From Geobacter sulfurreducens PCA (lineage in GTDB: Bacteria > Desulfobacterota > Desulfuromonadia > Geobacterales > Geobacteraceae): a DNA stretch of 32,000 nt. The notes beneath the pieces were generated by a model. It searched no databases and was not told where the DNA came from. It was given only the letters and a program-made list of their open reading frames with translations. The translations under genes and the position numbers were made by a program. This document shows, piece after piece, positions 15,461 through 22,858 of the stretch (its first letter is position 1; every line of letters begins with the position of its first letter). The stretch is taken from positions 330,001 through 362,000 of the forward strand of contig NC_002939.5 of NCBI RefSeq assembly GCF_000007985.2, written 5' to 3'.

Positions 15461-16564
15461 ATGCCGATACGCCTCGGCGAGATGCTGATCAAAGCCGGAA
15501 TGATAACCCATACGCAACTGGATGAGGCCCTGAAAGGGCAGGTGATCTTCGGGGGCAGGCTCGGAACGAACCTCATTGAAATGGGGGTGATCGGTGAGGA
15601 AGAGCTCGCCCGGGTCCTGAGCGAAAAGCTTCGGGTTCCCTGTGTCGATCCCGACGAGCTCATGGCAGTGCCCGATCACCTTTTGTCCCTTGTTCCCCGT
15701 GATATGGTTGAACGCTACAAGATCGTCCCCCTCGGGGTCGACGGGCGACGGCTCAGGCTCGTCATGGCCGACCCCTCGGATCTGCCGGCCATTGATGAAA
15801 TCGCTTTTCGTACGGGATTTGTCATTGTGCCGATGGTCGCTCCGGAAATCCGGCTTTTCATGGCACTGGAGAAATACTACGGCATCCGGCGCGAGGTGCG
15901 TGCCCTGCCTGTATCGGAGACTCTGGGGGGACGCAGATGTACTTATGGGACCAAGCGGCCTGCGGAGCAACTCATGCGCCGGGATGTGGTCGATTTTTCA
16001 ACCTTGCCCGACAATGGTAAGTATCTCCCCTGGGAAGGGGGCGACATCGATGATAATCGTATCGAGGCGGCCGAACGGTACACAATTGACGCTCTCTCCC
16101 GGACGCTTGCCGACTGCCGCGAACGCGACGCTGTGGCCGATGCCCTGGTGGACTATGCCGGCCGCCTCTTTGGTTGCGCCGGTCTGCTGCTCGTCATGAG
16201 GGATATGGCCGCAGGGTGGGAAGCGGTTGCCGGTCATGAGCGGTTGCGGGAGTTCGGGCAGCTGAGGATATCGCTTCAGGAGGCATCACATGTCCGGACA
16301 GTGGTTGAGGAGCGGAGTGTGTATCTCGGCCCGCCGGGCAACATGCCGACTGACCGGCGGTTGGCGGAGGCCTTGGGCGGGGCTGGCGCGCCGGGGCTGA
16401 TGCTCGTGCCCATGGTGATGGGGAGGCGTGTGGTTACCATCCTCTGTGCCGCAGGGGAGATGGTCGCCTTGGGGGCTCGGTTGTCGGAAGCACAAACCAT
16501 TGCCCGGAAAGGGGTGCTGGCGTTCGAGATTCTTATTTTGCGGGGTAAGATTCTGATGACATAG
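15461..16564 (+). CDS. Stand-alone MshEN (T2SS-E N-terminal) domain protein with a GAF-like C-terminal domain and no ATPase domain
   Basis: ATG 15461 preceded by GGAGGG; the ORF opens further upstream at 15392. The N-terminus is MPI-RLGEMLIKAGMITHTQLDEALKGQ-VIFGG-RLGTNLIEMGVIGEEELARVLSEK, followed by ...VPLGVDGRRLRLVMADPSD, typical of the GspE-N fold. The C-terminal ~170 aa shows a GAF-like pattern (LLLVMRD...LMLVPMVMGRRVVTILCA). No Walker motifs. Confidence 0.8.
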   Translation: MPIRLGEMLIKAGMITHTQLDEALKGQVIFGGRLGTNLIEMGVIGEEELARVLSEKLRVPCVDPDELMAVPDHLLSLVPRDMVERYKIVPLGVDGRRLRLVMADPSDLPAIDEIAFRTGFVIVPMVAPEIRLFMALEKYYGIRREVRALPVSETLGGRRCTYGTKRPAEQLMRRDVVDFSTLPDNGKYLPWEGGDIDDNRIEAAERYTIDALSRTLADCRERDAVADALVDYAGRLFGCAGLLLVMRDMAAGWEAVAGHERLREFGQLRISLQEASHVRTVVEERSVYLGPPGNMPTDRRLAEALGGAGAPGLMLVPMVMGRRVVTILCAAGEMVALGARLSEAQTIARKGVLAFEILILRGKILMT

Positions 16565-16961
16565 CGATTGCCAGCCGGTCAGATGCCGGCCCATTCGGGC
16601 CGACCTGAACGGAAGGGGGGGCTGGGGACATCACCCTCCGGAGTCGGGCTGCTGCGGCGTCAATGGCGCAAGTGATTGATTTGCCGCTGGATTCTCTGGT
16701 GCAGAGGAGCAGAAGCAGGCCGTCGTCGAGGGGTTTTATCGCTACGATTCCCTCTGTGTACCGGAGGAAGAGCGTTTCTGTGCTGACGGACGAGATGCCG
16801 AGGGTTATCACGCATTCAGCCAGGTCTTCCGAGACCGCAGACAGGGTCGTGTCATCAAAGAGAGGAGGAAACACTCGTTCGAGGATCTTCCCGCCGCGAT
16901 CCGTGACGAGGCTGCCGATGGCACCGGGAAGCACGCTGAGTTCTGCAAGCGCCTGTCTCAT
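16533..16961 (-). CDS. Roadblock/LC7 (MglB-like) single-domain protein
   Basis: ATG 16961 lies 1 nt after the stop of the upstream gene (TGA-C-ATG). MRQALAELSVLPGAIGSLVTDRGGKILERVFP...LFLRYTEGIVAIKPLDDGLLLLLC fits the Roadblock/LC7 pattern. The longer ORF start at 17024 would overlap the upstream gene. Confidence 0.7.
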   Translation of the reverse strand: MRQALAELSVLPGAIGSLVTDRGGKILERVFPPLFDDTTLSAVSEDLAECVITLGISSVSTETLFLRYTEGIVAIKPLDDGLLLLLCTRESSGKSITCAIDAAAARLRRVMSPAPPSVQVGPNGPASDRLAIAMSSESYPAK

Positions 16962-16962
16962 G

Positions 16963-17658
16963 TCACGCGGTTTGCACGGCGCGGCGGATTGCTTCTTCAA
17001 CCATGGGGGGCTGATGGTCTGCACCGGCGGCTACGGCGAGAAGATGATGCTTGCCGGTATAGATGAACAGATGTTCTCTTGTGCCTTCAAGGACCATCGA
17101 GGTGGGGCTCCCGGTTCCGAGGCGCGACCCGATCCGGTCTGCCAGGCGGGCGAGGAAGCAGGCCCCGGCGGCTAAGCGGTCCGCCGAAGGGCTTTTTTCG
17201 TCCGTGGGTACGCCGTCAAAGTCAAGGGTGATGGCGTCGGATACCATCCCGATTGCACGTATCCGCTCGCGCAGCGGCGTTTGTTCAGCCCGTTCCCCCT
17301 TCGGATCGACGTGCCGATGACGTTCATCCATGGCCCGGTGCGCATCGAGCAGAAGGTGTTGCCGGTTCTTCCTGATGGAGTGGCGATCGGTAGCTAGGTG
17401 GGGGTAGGCAGTGAAGCGTCCGCCCGGCCAGCGCATGATCCGTTGGAGCGCCTCTTCTCCCTCGCAGCTGCCTTTTTCGGCGTGGACAATCTCGCCATCC
17501 TGGAAAAAAATAACACCGCACCGCCCTCCGAATTCGACTGAGATGCAACCGGAGAACCTGTTGGTTCCCTTGAGTTGGATCAGGTCTGCCAGTGAGACCC
17601 CAACCATCGATCCGTTGAATCCTTCATGTCGTTTCCTGCAGAGCGCTTCCTGCGCCAT
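16963..17658 (-). CDS. DUF4388 (PATAN-type) domain protein fused to a Roadblock/LC7-like C-terminal domain
   Basis: ATG 17658 preceded by AGGGAGGG; the ORF's upstream ATG at 17745 has no SD. The segment GVSLADLIQLKGTNRFSGCISVEFGGRCGVIFFQDGEIVHAEKGSCEGEEALQRIMRWPGGRFTAYP matches the DUF4388 pattern. The C-terminal part (...MVLEGTREHLFIYTGKHHLLAVAAG) is Roadblock-like. Confidence 0.75.
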   Translation of the reverse strand: MAQEALCRKRHEGFNGSMVGVSLADLIQLKGTNRFSGCISVEFGGRCGVIFFQDGEIVHAEKGSCEGEEALQRIMRWPGGRFTAYPHLATDRHSIRKNRQHLLLDAHRAMDERHRHVDPKGERAEQTPLRERIRAIGMVSDAITLDFDGVPTDEKSPSADRLAAGACFLARLADRIGSRLGTGSPTSMVLEGTREHLFIYTGKHHLLAVAAGADHQPPMVEEAIRRAVQTA

Positions 17659-17989
17659 GATCCCTCCCTGGTGACTGCGCTGTGGCGTGTGTCGGATTCG
17701 ATCCGCACCTTTCAATGGTGCCGGCGAAGTGTCGCTGTATAACATATTTTGTGATATCGAACAAGATAGTTAATGATGATTAATCGGACAACGCTCCGTG
17801 ATAACGGCTGGTTGATGGACTTAGTTGCATACAATTAAAATATAGCAATTAATAATACGGTGGTGATTGACTATGCCAGAACAATGTTTTGTTTATTTTG
17901 TGGTTTTGACTGGAGGCATGGGGGCGAAATGCTGAAGAAAAGAGGAAAAACGTTGTGATTTTCTCGTGGAAACGGTAGTCTTTTAAGCA

Positions 17990-18018
17990 CGTGACCAAGC
18001 GGCAAGAGCCAGGTCACG
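17990..18018 (+). repeat. Inverted repeat / stem-loop in the leader of the OB-fold protein gene
   Basis: CGTGACC (17990-17996) and GGTCACG (18012-18018) form a perfect 7-bp inverted repeat. An inner GGC-AAGA-GCC mini-hairpin lies between them. The element ends 12 nt before the SD AAGGAG (18031-18036). Confidence 0.4.
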
Positions 18019-18042
18019 CAAATTTACCGCAAGGAGTCAACC

Positions 18043-18774
18043 ATGAAGTATGTGAATGCCTTTGTTCTTATGATTCTGCTTGCATCCCAGTCCATTGATG
18101 CCCACGCCTTCGGCTCCATGGGCGGCATGGGCGGGGGTGGGGCGGTCTCTGTACAGAGTACCCCTCTGGCAGGCAAGGTTGTGGAGACGTTCAACAGCGG
18201 CGGGTATACCTACGTCAGTCTTGAGCGGGACGGTAAGACCGTATGGGCCGCCATTCCCGAGACTTCACTCGAGGTCGGCCGCGAGGTGACTCTCAAGCCG
18301 GGCATGGAGATGCAACAGTTCTTCAGTAAAGCCCTTAACCGGACCTTTGACAGTATCTATTTTTCCGAGGGGCTGGCGACCCAGGCCGCAAGCACCAAGG
18401 GAAAGAGCTCGGCTGGAAGCAAGGGGGGGGTGGTCACTCCCGCAGAGAAGATTGCTGTAGAAAAGGCCGCTGGGGCCAATGGCTTCACTGTTGCCGAGCT
18501 CCATGGCAACAGGGAGAAACTTGACGGCAAGACGATCAGTGTCCGGGCCAAGGTGACCAAGGTGTCGGCCGGCATCATGGGTAAGAACTGGCTGCATCTT
18601 CAGGACGGCTCCGGCGACAGCTCGAAGGGAAGCCATGATCTGACCGTGACGACCCAGGACCTCCCGGCTTTGGGCGAAGTGGTCACCGTCACCGGAACGC
18701 TCAGGAAGGACAAGGATTTCGGCGGCGGCTACAAGTATGACGCGATTGTGGAAGACGGGACGGTTTCGCACTGA
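18043..18774 (+). CDS. Secreted hypothetical protein with two OB-fold-like repeats
   Basis: Signal peptide MKYVNAFVLMILLASQSIDAHA, then a Gly/Met-rich linker GSMGGMGGGG. Two internally similar modules: GKVVETFNSGGYTYVSLERDGKTVWAAIP..EVGREVTL and GKTISVRAKVTKVSAGIMGKNWLHLQDGSG..LGEVVTVTGTL. The OB-fold assignment is inferred from this pattern only. Confidence 0.7.
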   Translation: MKYVNAFVLMILLASQSIDAHAFGSMGGMGGGGAVSVQSTPLAGKVVETFNSGGYTYVSLERDGKTVWAAIPETSLEVGREVTLKPGMEMQQFFSKALNRTFDSIYFSEGLATQAASTKGKSSAGSKGGVVTPAEKIAVEKAAGANGFTVAELHGNREKLDGKTISVRAKVTKVSAGIMGKNWLHLQDGSGDSSKGSHDLTVTTQDLPALGEVVTVTGTLRKDKDFGGGYKYDAIVEDGTVSH

Positions 18775-18799
18775 CACGGCGATCATTCGGTGCATGCAC

Positions 18800-18827
18800 G
18801 GGGAGGGGCAACAGCTCCTCCCCTTTT
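18800..18827 (+). terminator. Rho-independent terminator after the OB-fold protein gene
   Basis: GGGGAGGGGC (18800-18809), AACA loop, GCTCCTCCCC (18814-18823): a 10-bp stem including one G-U, followed by TTTT (18824-18827). Confidence 0.7.
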
Positions 18828-18865
18828 CCGTTCCAGGCCCAATTCTCGACAACCGTTGTCCCCTG

Positions 18866-20125
18866 ATGTATCCTTCCCCCATGACTTTGACGATCCTCGC
18901 CTGTTACCTCGCGGTCCTCACCTTCGAGCATCTGCTCCGCATAATGAACCTCAAACATCTCAGGCGCCAGGGTACAACGGTCCCCGATGGCTTCGCCGGC
19001 GCGGTGGATGAAGGGAGCCTTCGCACTGCAACTGCCTATACCCTCGACCGGAGTCGCCTGGGGATTGCGGAATCACTGGTCGACAGCGGCCTCCTTGTCG
19101 GGTTTCTCTTCGCGGGGATCCTTCCTCTCTTCGACCGCTGGGTTGCCTCGCTGACCTCCTCGTTCATCCTCGGGGGTGTCGTCTTCTTTCTGCTTCTCTC
19201 CCTCGTTCAGAGTGCACTGGCGATCCCCTTCGGACTCTATGAAACATTCGTCATTGAGCGTCGGTACGGCTTTACCACCATAACGCCGAAGCTCTGGTGG
19301 TCCGACCTGCTTAAGTCGACATGTATTTCAATGACGCTTGCCACGCTCATGATTTCCGGCGCTTTCGCCCTGGTTGCATGGAGTCCCCTGCACTGGTGGC
19401 TCTGGGTCTGGGGCTTTCTCGCGTTTCTGACCCTGTTTCTCATGTACCTCTCACCGTATGTCATCGAGCCGTTGTTCAACCGCTACGAGCCGGTGAAGAC
19501 CGAAGGGCTGGAAGAAGAGATCCGTGCCATGGCCGAGCGGGCCGGACTCAGGGTGAGCCGGGTTATGCAGGTGGATGCCTCCCGGCGCAGCCGCCACTCC
19601 AATGCCTACTTTACCGGCATCGGCCGGGTGAAGCGCATCGTGCTGTACGATACGCTGCTGGGCCAGATGACCCACGCGGAGATTCTGGCGGTCCTGGCCC
19701 ATGAGATCGGCCACTGGAAGCTCGGACACATCCGCCGGAGGCTTATTGCCGGTCAGGCAGGTGCCCTTGCCGCTGCCTGGCTGGCGTGGCGGGTCACATC
19801 ATGGGAGGGGCTGCCCGGACTTCTCGGGATGACGGAGGCGACGTTTCCGGCCCGGCTCGTGATCGTCGGCTTCATCGGTACCTTGGCGCTCTTTCCGCTC
19901 ACGCCCCTGTTTGCCTGGTTGTCGCGCCGGCAGGAGCGGGAGGCCGACCGATTCGCAGTGGAGCTCTGCGAAAATCCCGCATCGCTCGCTACGGCGCTGG
20001 TTAAACTTTCCCGGGAAAATCTCTCCAATCTCCATCCGCACCCCCTCTACGCAGCATTTCACTATTCCCACCCGCCGGTGGTTGAACGGGTGCAAGGGCT
20101 GCTGGCGCTGGCGCGAAAAGAATGA
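18866..20125 (+). CDS. Ste24/CAAX-prenyl-protease-type M48 zinc metalloprotease, integral membrane
   Basis: Multiple TM helices, HEXXH site (LAHEIGHWKLGH) and the C-terminal family motif HPHPLYAAFHYSHPPVVERV. Start taken at ATG 18866 (MYPSPMTLTILACYL...); ATG 18881 is also possible. The ORF's upstream part (from 18737) overlaps the preceding gene and terminator. Confidence 0.85.
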   Translation: MYPSPMTLTILACYLAVLTFEHLLRIMNLKHLRRQGTTVPDGFAGAVDEGSLRTATAYTLDRSRLGIAESLVDSGLLVGFLFAGILPLFDRWVASLTSSFILGGVVFFLLLSLVQSALAIPFGLYETFVIERRYGFTTITPKLWWSDLLKSTCISMTLATLMISGAFALVAWSPLHWWLWVWGFLAFLTLFLMYLSPYVIEPLFNRYEPVKTEGLEEEIRAMAERAGLRVSRVMQVDASRRSRHSNAYFTGIGRVKRIVLYDTLLGQMTHAEILAVLAHEIGHWKLGHIRRRLIAGQAGALAAAWLAWRVTSWEGLPGLLGMTEATFPARLVIVGFIGTLALFPLTPLFAWLSRRQEREADRFAVELCENPASLATALVKLSRENLSNLHPHPLYAAFHYSHPPVVERVQGLLALARKE

Positions 20126-20160
20126 TCTGTGCGAGTGTGGACGGCAGTGGAGGCAGGGCG

Positions 20161-21000
20161 TTACTGAAGAAGAGGCTTTGAGAGGGTTCCCCGGATCGGC
20201 AGCCGGTAGTGACCCGGCGTTATCAGGTATTTTGCCAGAAGGGTGAAGACGAGCTTCTGCCGGTCCAGGAATGCGGGCCGGGGCATCAGCTCCAGGGACA
20301 GATTGAGGGGCGAGTTCCCCATGGGAGCCATGAGGGGCATGGTGCCGCTCAGGCGGACGTAGACGTCCTCTCCCTGGAGGGAGAAGCTGTCGATGGTTGC
20401 CCTGCCGCCGGCTACCCTGACCATGCCGCGCACCGTTTCGTACACGGCGTCCGGCAGAGGAACACCGCTGATCGTTGCTCCGCGGATGTGCGCTCCCTTC
20501 ACCGCCAGTTTCACTTCGCCCCCTTTGGATCGCCCCGTGCCGGCAAGGGTGGCGTCAGCTGTCATCACTCCTTTGATATCGGCGTCGGTGGCGGTCCGGA
20601 AAAAGGGGATGTCCTCCAGGCGAACGTCACGTGCGGAGAAAACCCCCGTGCCGGCCCGGGGCCGGAAGGTGCCGTCGAACTGTCCCGCGCCGATAGAGCC
20701 GTCCACGTCAACGGAGACTTTTCCCGCCAAAAGCGGCAGGAGTTCGAGTCGCGTCCGGACAGTGTCCAACCGCAGGAGCGGCCCCCGGTTGTCGGCAATG
20801 GTAACACCCCGGGCGGAAACGCCCAGCGGAAACGCCTTGCCGAAGTCGGACGCGCTGAAGTCGTAACCCTGCCGGGCAAACCAGCGGACGGTCAGCTGTT
20901 CCAGTTCCCGCGAGGGGACCAGAAGAAGGGTGAAGATTAGGATGAGGAGCAGGCCGGCGATGATGCCGGCGCCCCAGGCGAGCCAGCGCTGTGCCGTCAT
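20161..21000 (-). CDS. gspN: Type II secretion system protein GspN
   Basis: 279 aa with an N-terminal TM (IIAGLLLILIFTLLLV) and a beta-rich periplasmic domain. It is the last gene of the gsp operon; its ATG overlaps the gspM stop (ATGA). Confidence 0.7.
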   Translation of the reverse strand: MTAQRWLAWGAGIIAGLLLILIFTLLLVPSRELEQLTVRWFARQGYDFSASDFGKAFPLGVSARGVTIADNRGPLLRLDTVRTRLELLPLLAGKVSVDVDGSIGAGQFDGTFRPRAGTGVFSARDVRLEDIPFFRTATDADIKGVMTADATLAGTGRSKGGEVKLAVKGAHIRGATISGVPLPDAVYETVRGMVRVAGGRATIDSFSLQGEDVYVRLSGTMPLMAPMGNSPLNLSLELMPRPAFLDRQKLVFTLLAKYLITPGHYRLPIRGTLSKPLLQ

Positions 21001-21545
21001 CGCGCCCCCTGAGGTGCGCCGCGCAGCAGTGCCACGGTAAGAGTCAGGTCGAGTTTTGACGGGTCGTCGAAGCGGGTGCGCAGCAATGCTTTTCTGATAA
21101 TGGCGGGGCGTTGGCCCTTCTCGATGCGGTGAAGGAGATTGACGGCTTCATTTGCCGTGAGACTGTCAATTTTGATGTCGGCTGCTTCCTCGGTAAAACC
21201 GTTTTTCAGTTCGGTTTTGAGAGGGGTGATGCGAAGCGATTTGCCGCGGATGCCGGTTTCTTCCACGAGCTTTGCGGGCGAATCGTCTGCGCGGACCGCG
21301 GCCAGCCTGTTTGCAAGGCGCATGGATGTGCTGCGGGCCTCCTGGTAGCGCCCCTTCAGGCGGAGCATTTCCACCAGGTCCGCTTCACGTCGTTGCCGCT
21401 TGTTCTCCAGAAGGCCGATCCGGTTGTACACGAAGGAAAAAATCACGGCGAGGGCGAGGATGGCTATGACCCCGTAGCCCCAGCGCAAGCGGGTGGGGCG
21501 ATCCATGTCGTTCCATGTGTCGCGGATTCTGTTAAGCGCACTCAT
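20997..21545 (-). CDS. gspM: Type II secretion system protein GspM
   Basis: 182 aa, bitopic (YGVIAILALAVIFSFV), with a coiled region and a ferredoxin-like C-terminus. ATGA overlap with gspL. Confidence 0.7.
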   Translation of the reverse strand: MSALNRIRDTWNDMDRPTRLRWGYGVIAILALAVIFSFVYNRIGLLENKRQRREADLVEMLRLKGRYQEARSTSMRLANRLAAVRADDSPAKLVEETGIRGKSLRITPLKTELKNGFTEEAADIKIDSLTANEAVNLLHRIEKGQRPAIIRKALLRTRFDDPSKLDLTLTVALLRGAPQGAR

Positions 21546-22858
21546 TTCGCCACCTCGCTGATGGTCCCCCTGAGGGAGAACGTGACGGACCCGTCCGGTT
21601 TTGCCGTGATCTGTCCCACCTCTGCTCCGGCCAGGACGCCGGCAAGTCGGTCGCGGTACTGGCTGACTGCCTGGCTGGAGCGGGCGTCTCCCTTGAGGCG
21701 CACTGCCGTGCCGTCGATCTCCACTTCGAAAAGGCCGGTCACGTCGTCGCCTTTGGCCTTTGCCAATCCCCGCAGGGTATTCAGGATGTGGCTCCCTGCG
21801 CCTGCCGCGCCGAGTCTGCGGATCTCAGCCTTCAGTTCACCCAATTCGTCAACACTCTTCTTCCGTCCGGGGAAAACCTCCCGATAGAGGGCGGCAATGG
21901 ACGCGTCCACCGATGCCAGGTCCCGCTTCACCATGGTATAGCGGATGCCGGCGTCGGCGGCAAGGAGCAGAAGCAGAAGCACTGTCAGGATCGCGGGGAT
22001 GCGGAGTTGACGCTTGAGTTGCTCACGTCCTCTGGTCCAGGCGAGTTCGCCTGCGCGAAAGGTTCCGATCCGCCCGGTCTGGAGCGCACGCGCCAACGCC
22101 CATGCGCCGGCACTTTCCCGAGCGGCCGCCTCATCCCCGCCGAAGGCGGCTGCTAGGCTGTCGGTTACGGGCAGCGCCAGCATGGGTGCTCCCGCTGCTT
22201 CCGCAGTCGCGTTGCCCACGGGAGAGCCGTGCCGGAAGAGCCGTTCAATCCGTACCTGCCTGGCCATTTCCAGCGCCGCCAGGGTGCGGGATAGTTCCCC
22301 CTCGTCCCTGCCAAGAGCCCTGAAAAAGAGGGGCTTGCCGTTCCCGTACACCGCCAGTGCCGTGCCGTCGGTGACGGCCAGGGTCGCTTCGGCTGCGTCG
22401 GAAGAGAGAAGTTCCTCCCAGTGGATGGGGGCGGTTGTTACCACCTCGGGGTCTATTCCCGCCTCGGTGCATGCCTGGACAAGGTGGGCAATCTCCCGCT
22501 TGCGCGCCCAGAGCGCCAGCACCTTCCCCTCGGCGGCCAGGGGCAGACCGTCGAAGACCAGATCCTCATTCTCCAGGGCGGTTTCTCCCTTCAGCTCCAG
22601 GGGAAGGAGCAGGCGGATCTTGGCCCGCTCATGGATCGGCAGATCGATTTCCCGGCTGAAGAGCCGGCCCAGCGGGATGGCGAGTACCGGCCGGCAGTCG
22701 TCGTCGGATGAGGCAAGTTCCCGGAGCGCCGCGGTCAGATCGGCCTCCGAAGCGGCAGGGCGGCTTTCGCGCCCTTGGAACACCAGTTCACCCGCCCGGG
22801 TGAAGAAACGGCTTGCCACCAGGTCCGTGCCGGTCCATTCGAGAATCAGATAAGTCAT
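21542..22858 (-). CDS. gspL: Type II secretion system protein GspL
   Basis: 438 aa: actin-like cytoplasmic domain, single TM (IPAILTVLLLLLLAADAGI) and a periplasmic domain. Assignment also rests on position between gspK and gspM. Its ATG overlaps the gspK TGA. Confidence 0.7.
   Translation of the reverse strand: MTYLILEWTGTDLVASRFFTRAGELVFQGRESRPAASEADLTAALRELASSDDDCRPVLAIPLGRLFSREIDLPIHERAKIRLLLPLELKGETALENEDLVFDGLPLAAEGKVLALWARKREIAHLVQACTEAGIDPEVVTTAPIHWEELLSSDAAEATLAVTDGTALAVYGNGKPLFFRALGRDEGELSRTLAALEMARQVRIERLFRHGSPVGNATAEAAGAPMLALPVTDSLAAAFGGDEAAARESAGAWALARALQTGRIGTFRAGELAWTRGREQLKRQLRIPAILTVLLLLLLAADAGIRYTMVKRDLASVDASIAALYREVFPGRKKSVDELGELKAEIRRLGAAGAGSHILNTLRGLAKAKGDDVTGLFEVEIDGTAVRLKGDARSSQAVSQYRDRLAGVLAGAEVGQITAKPDGSVTFSLRGTISEVAK

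Noticed and set aside
17774-17990. Mini-ORFs in the AT-rich island (MMINRTTLRDNGWLMDLVAYN at ~17774; MLKKRGKTL at ~17929)
   Set aside because: They are very short, with no convincing SD and no sign of conservation from sequence alone. In an AT-rich promoter region they are expected by chance.
17940-18042. Possible c-di-GMP-I (GEMM-I) riboswitch, prompted by GGCAAG and ACGCAAA strings near a c-di-GMP gene cluster
   Set aside because: Only 9 nt separate the two strings, too few for the P1 hairpin with its GNRA loop. I could not build a tetraloop-receptor helix, so the resemblance looks fortuitous. Should still be confirmed with cmsearch.
18737-18865. Upstream in-frame extension of the M48 protease ORF
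   Set aside because: It would overlap the 3' end of the OB-fold gene and run through a strong terminator hairpin. The hydrophobic Ste24-type N-terminus begins at the ATGs at 18866/18881.
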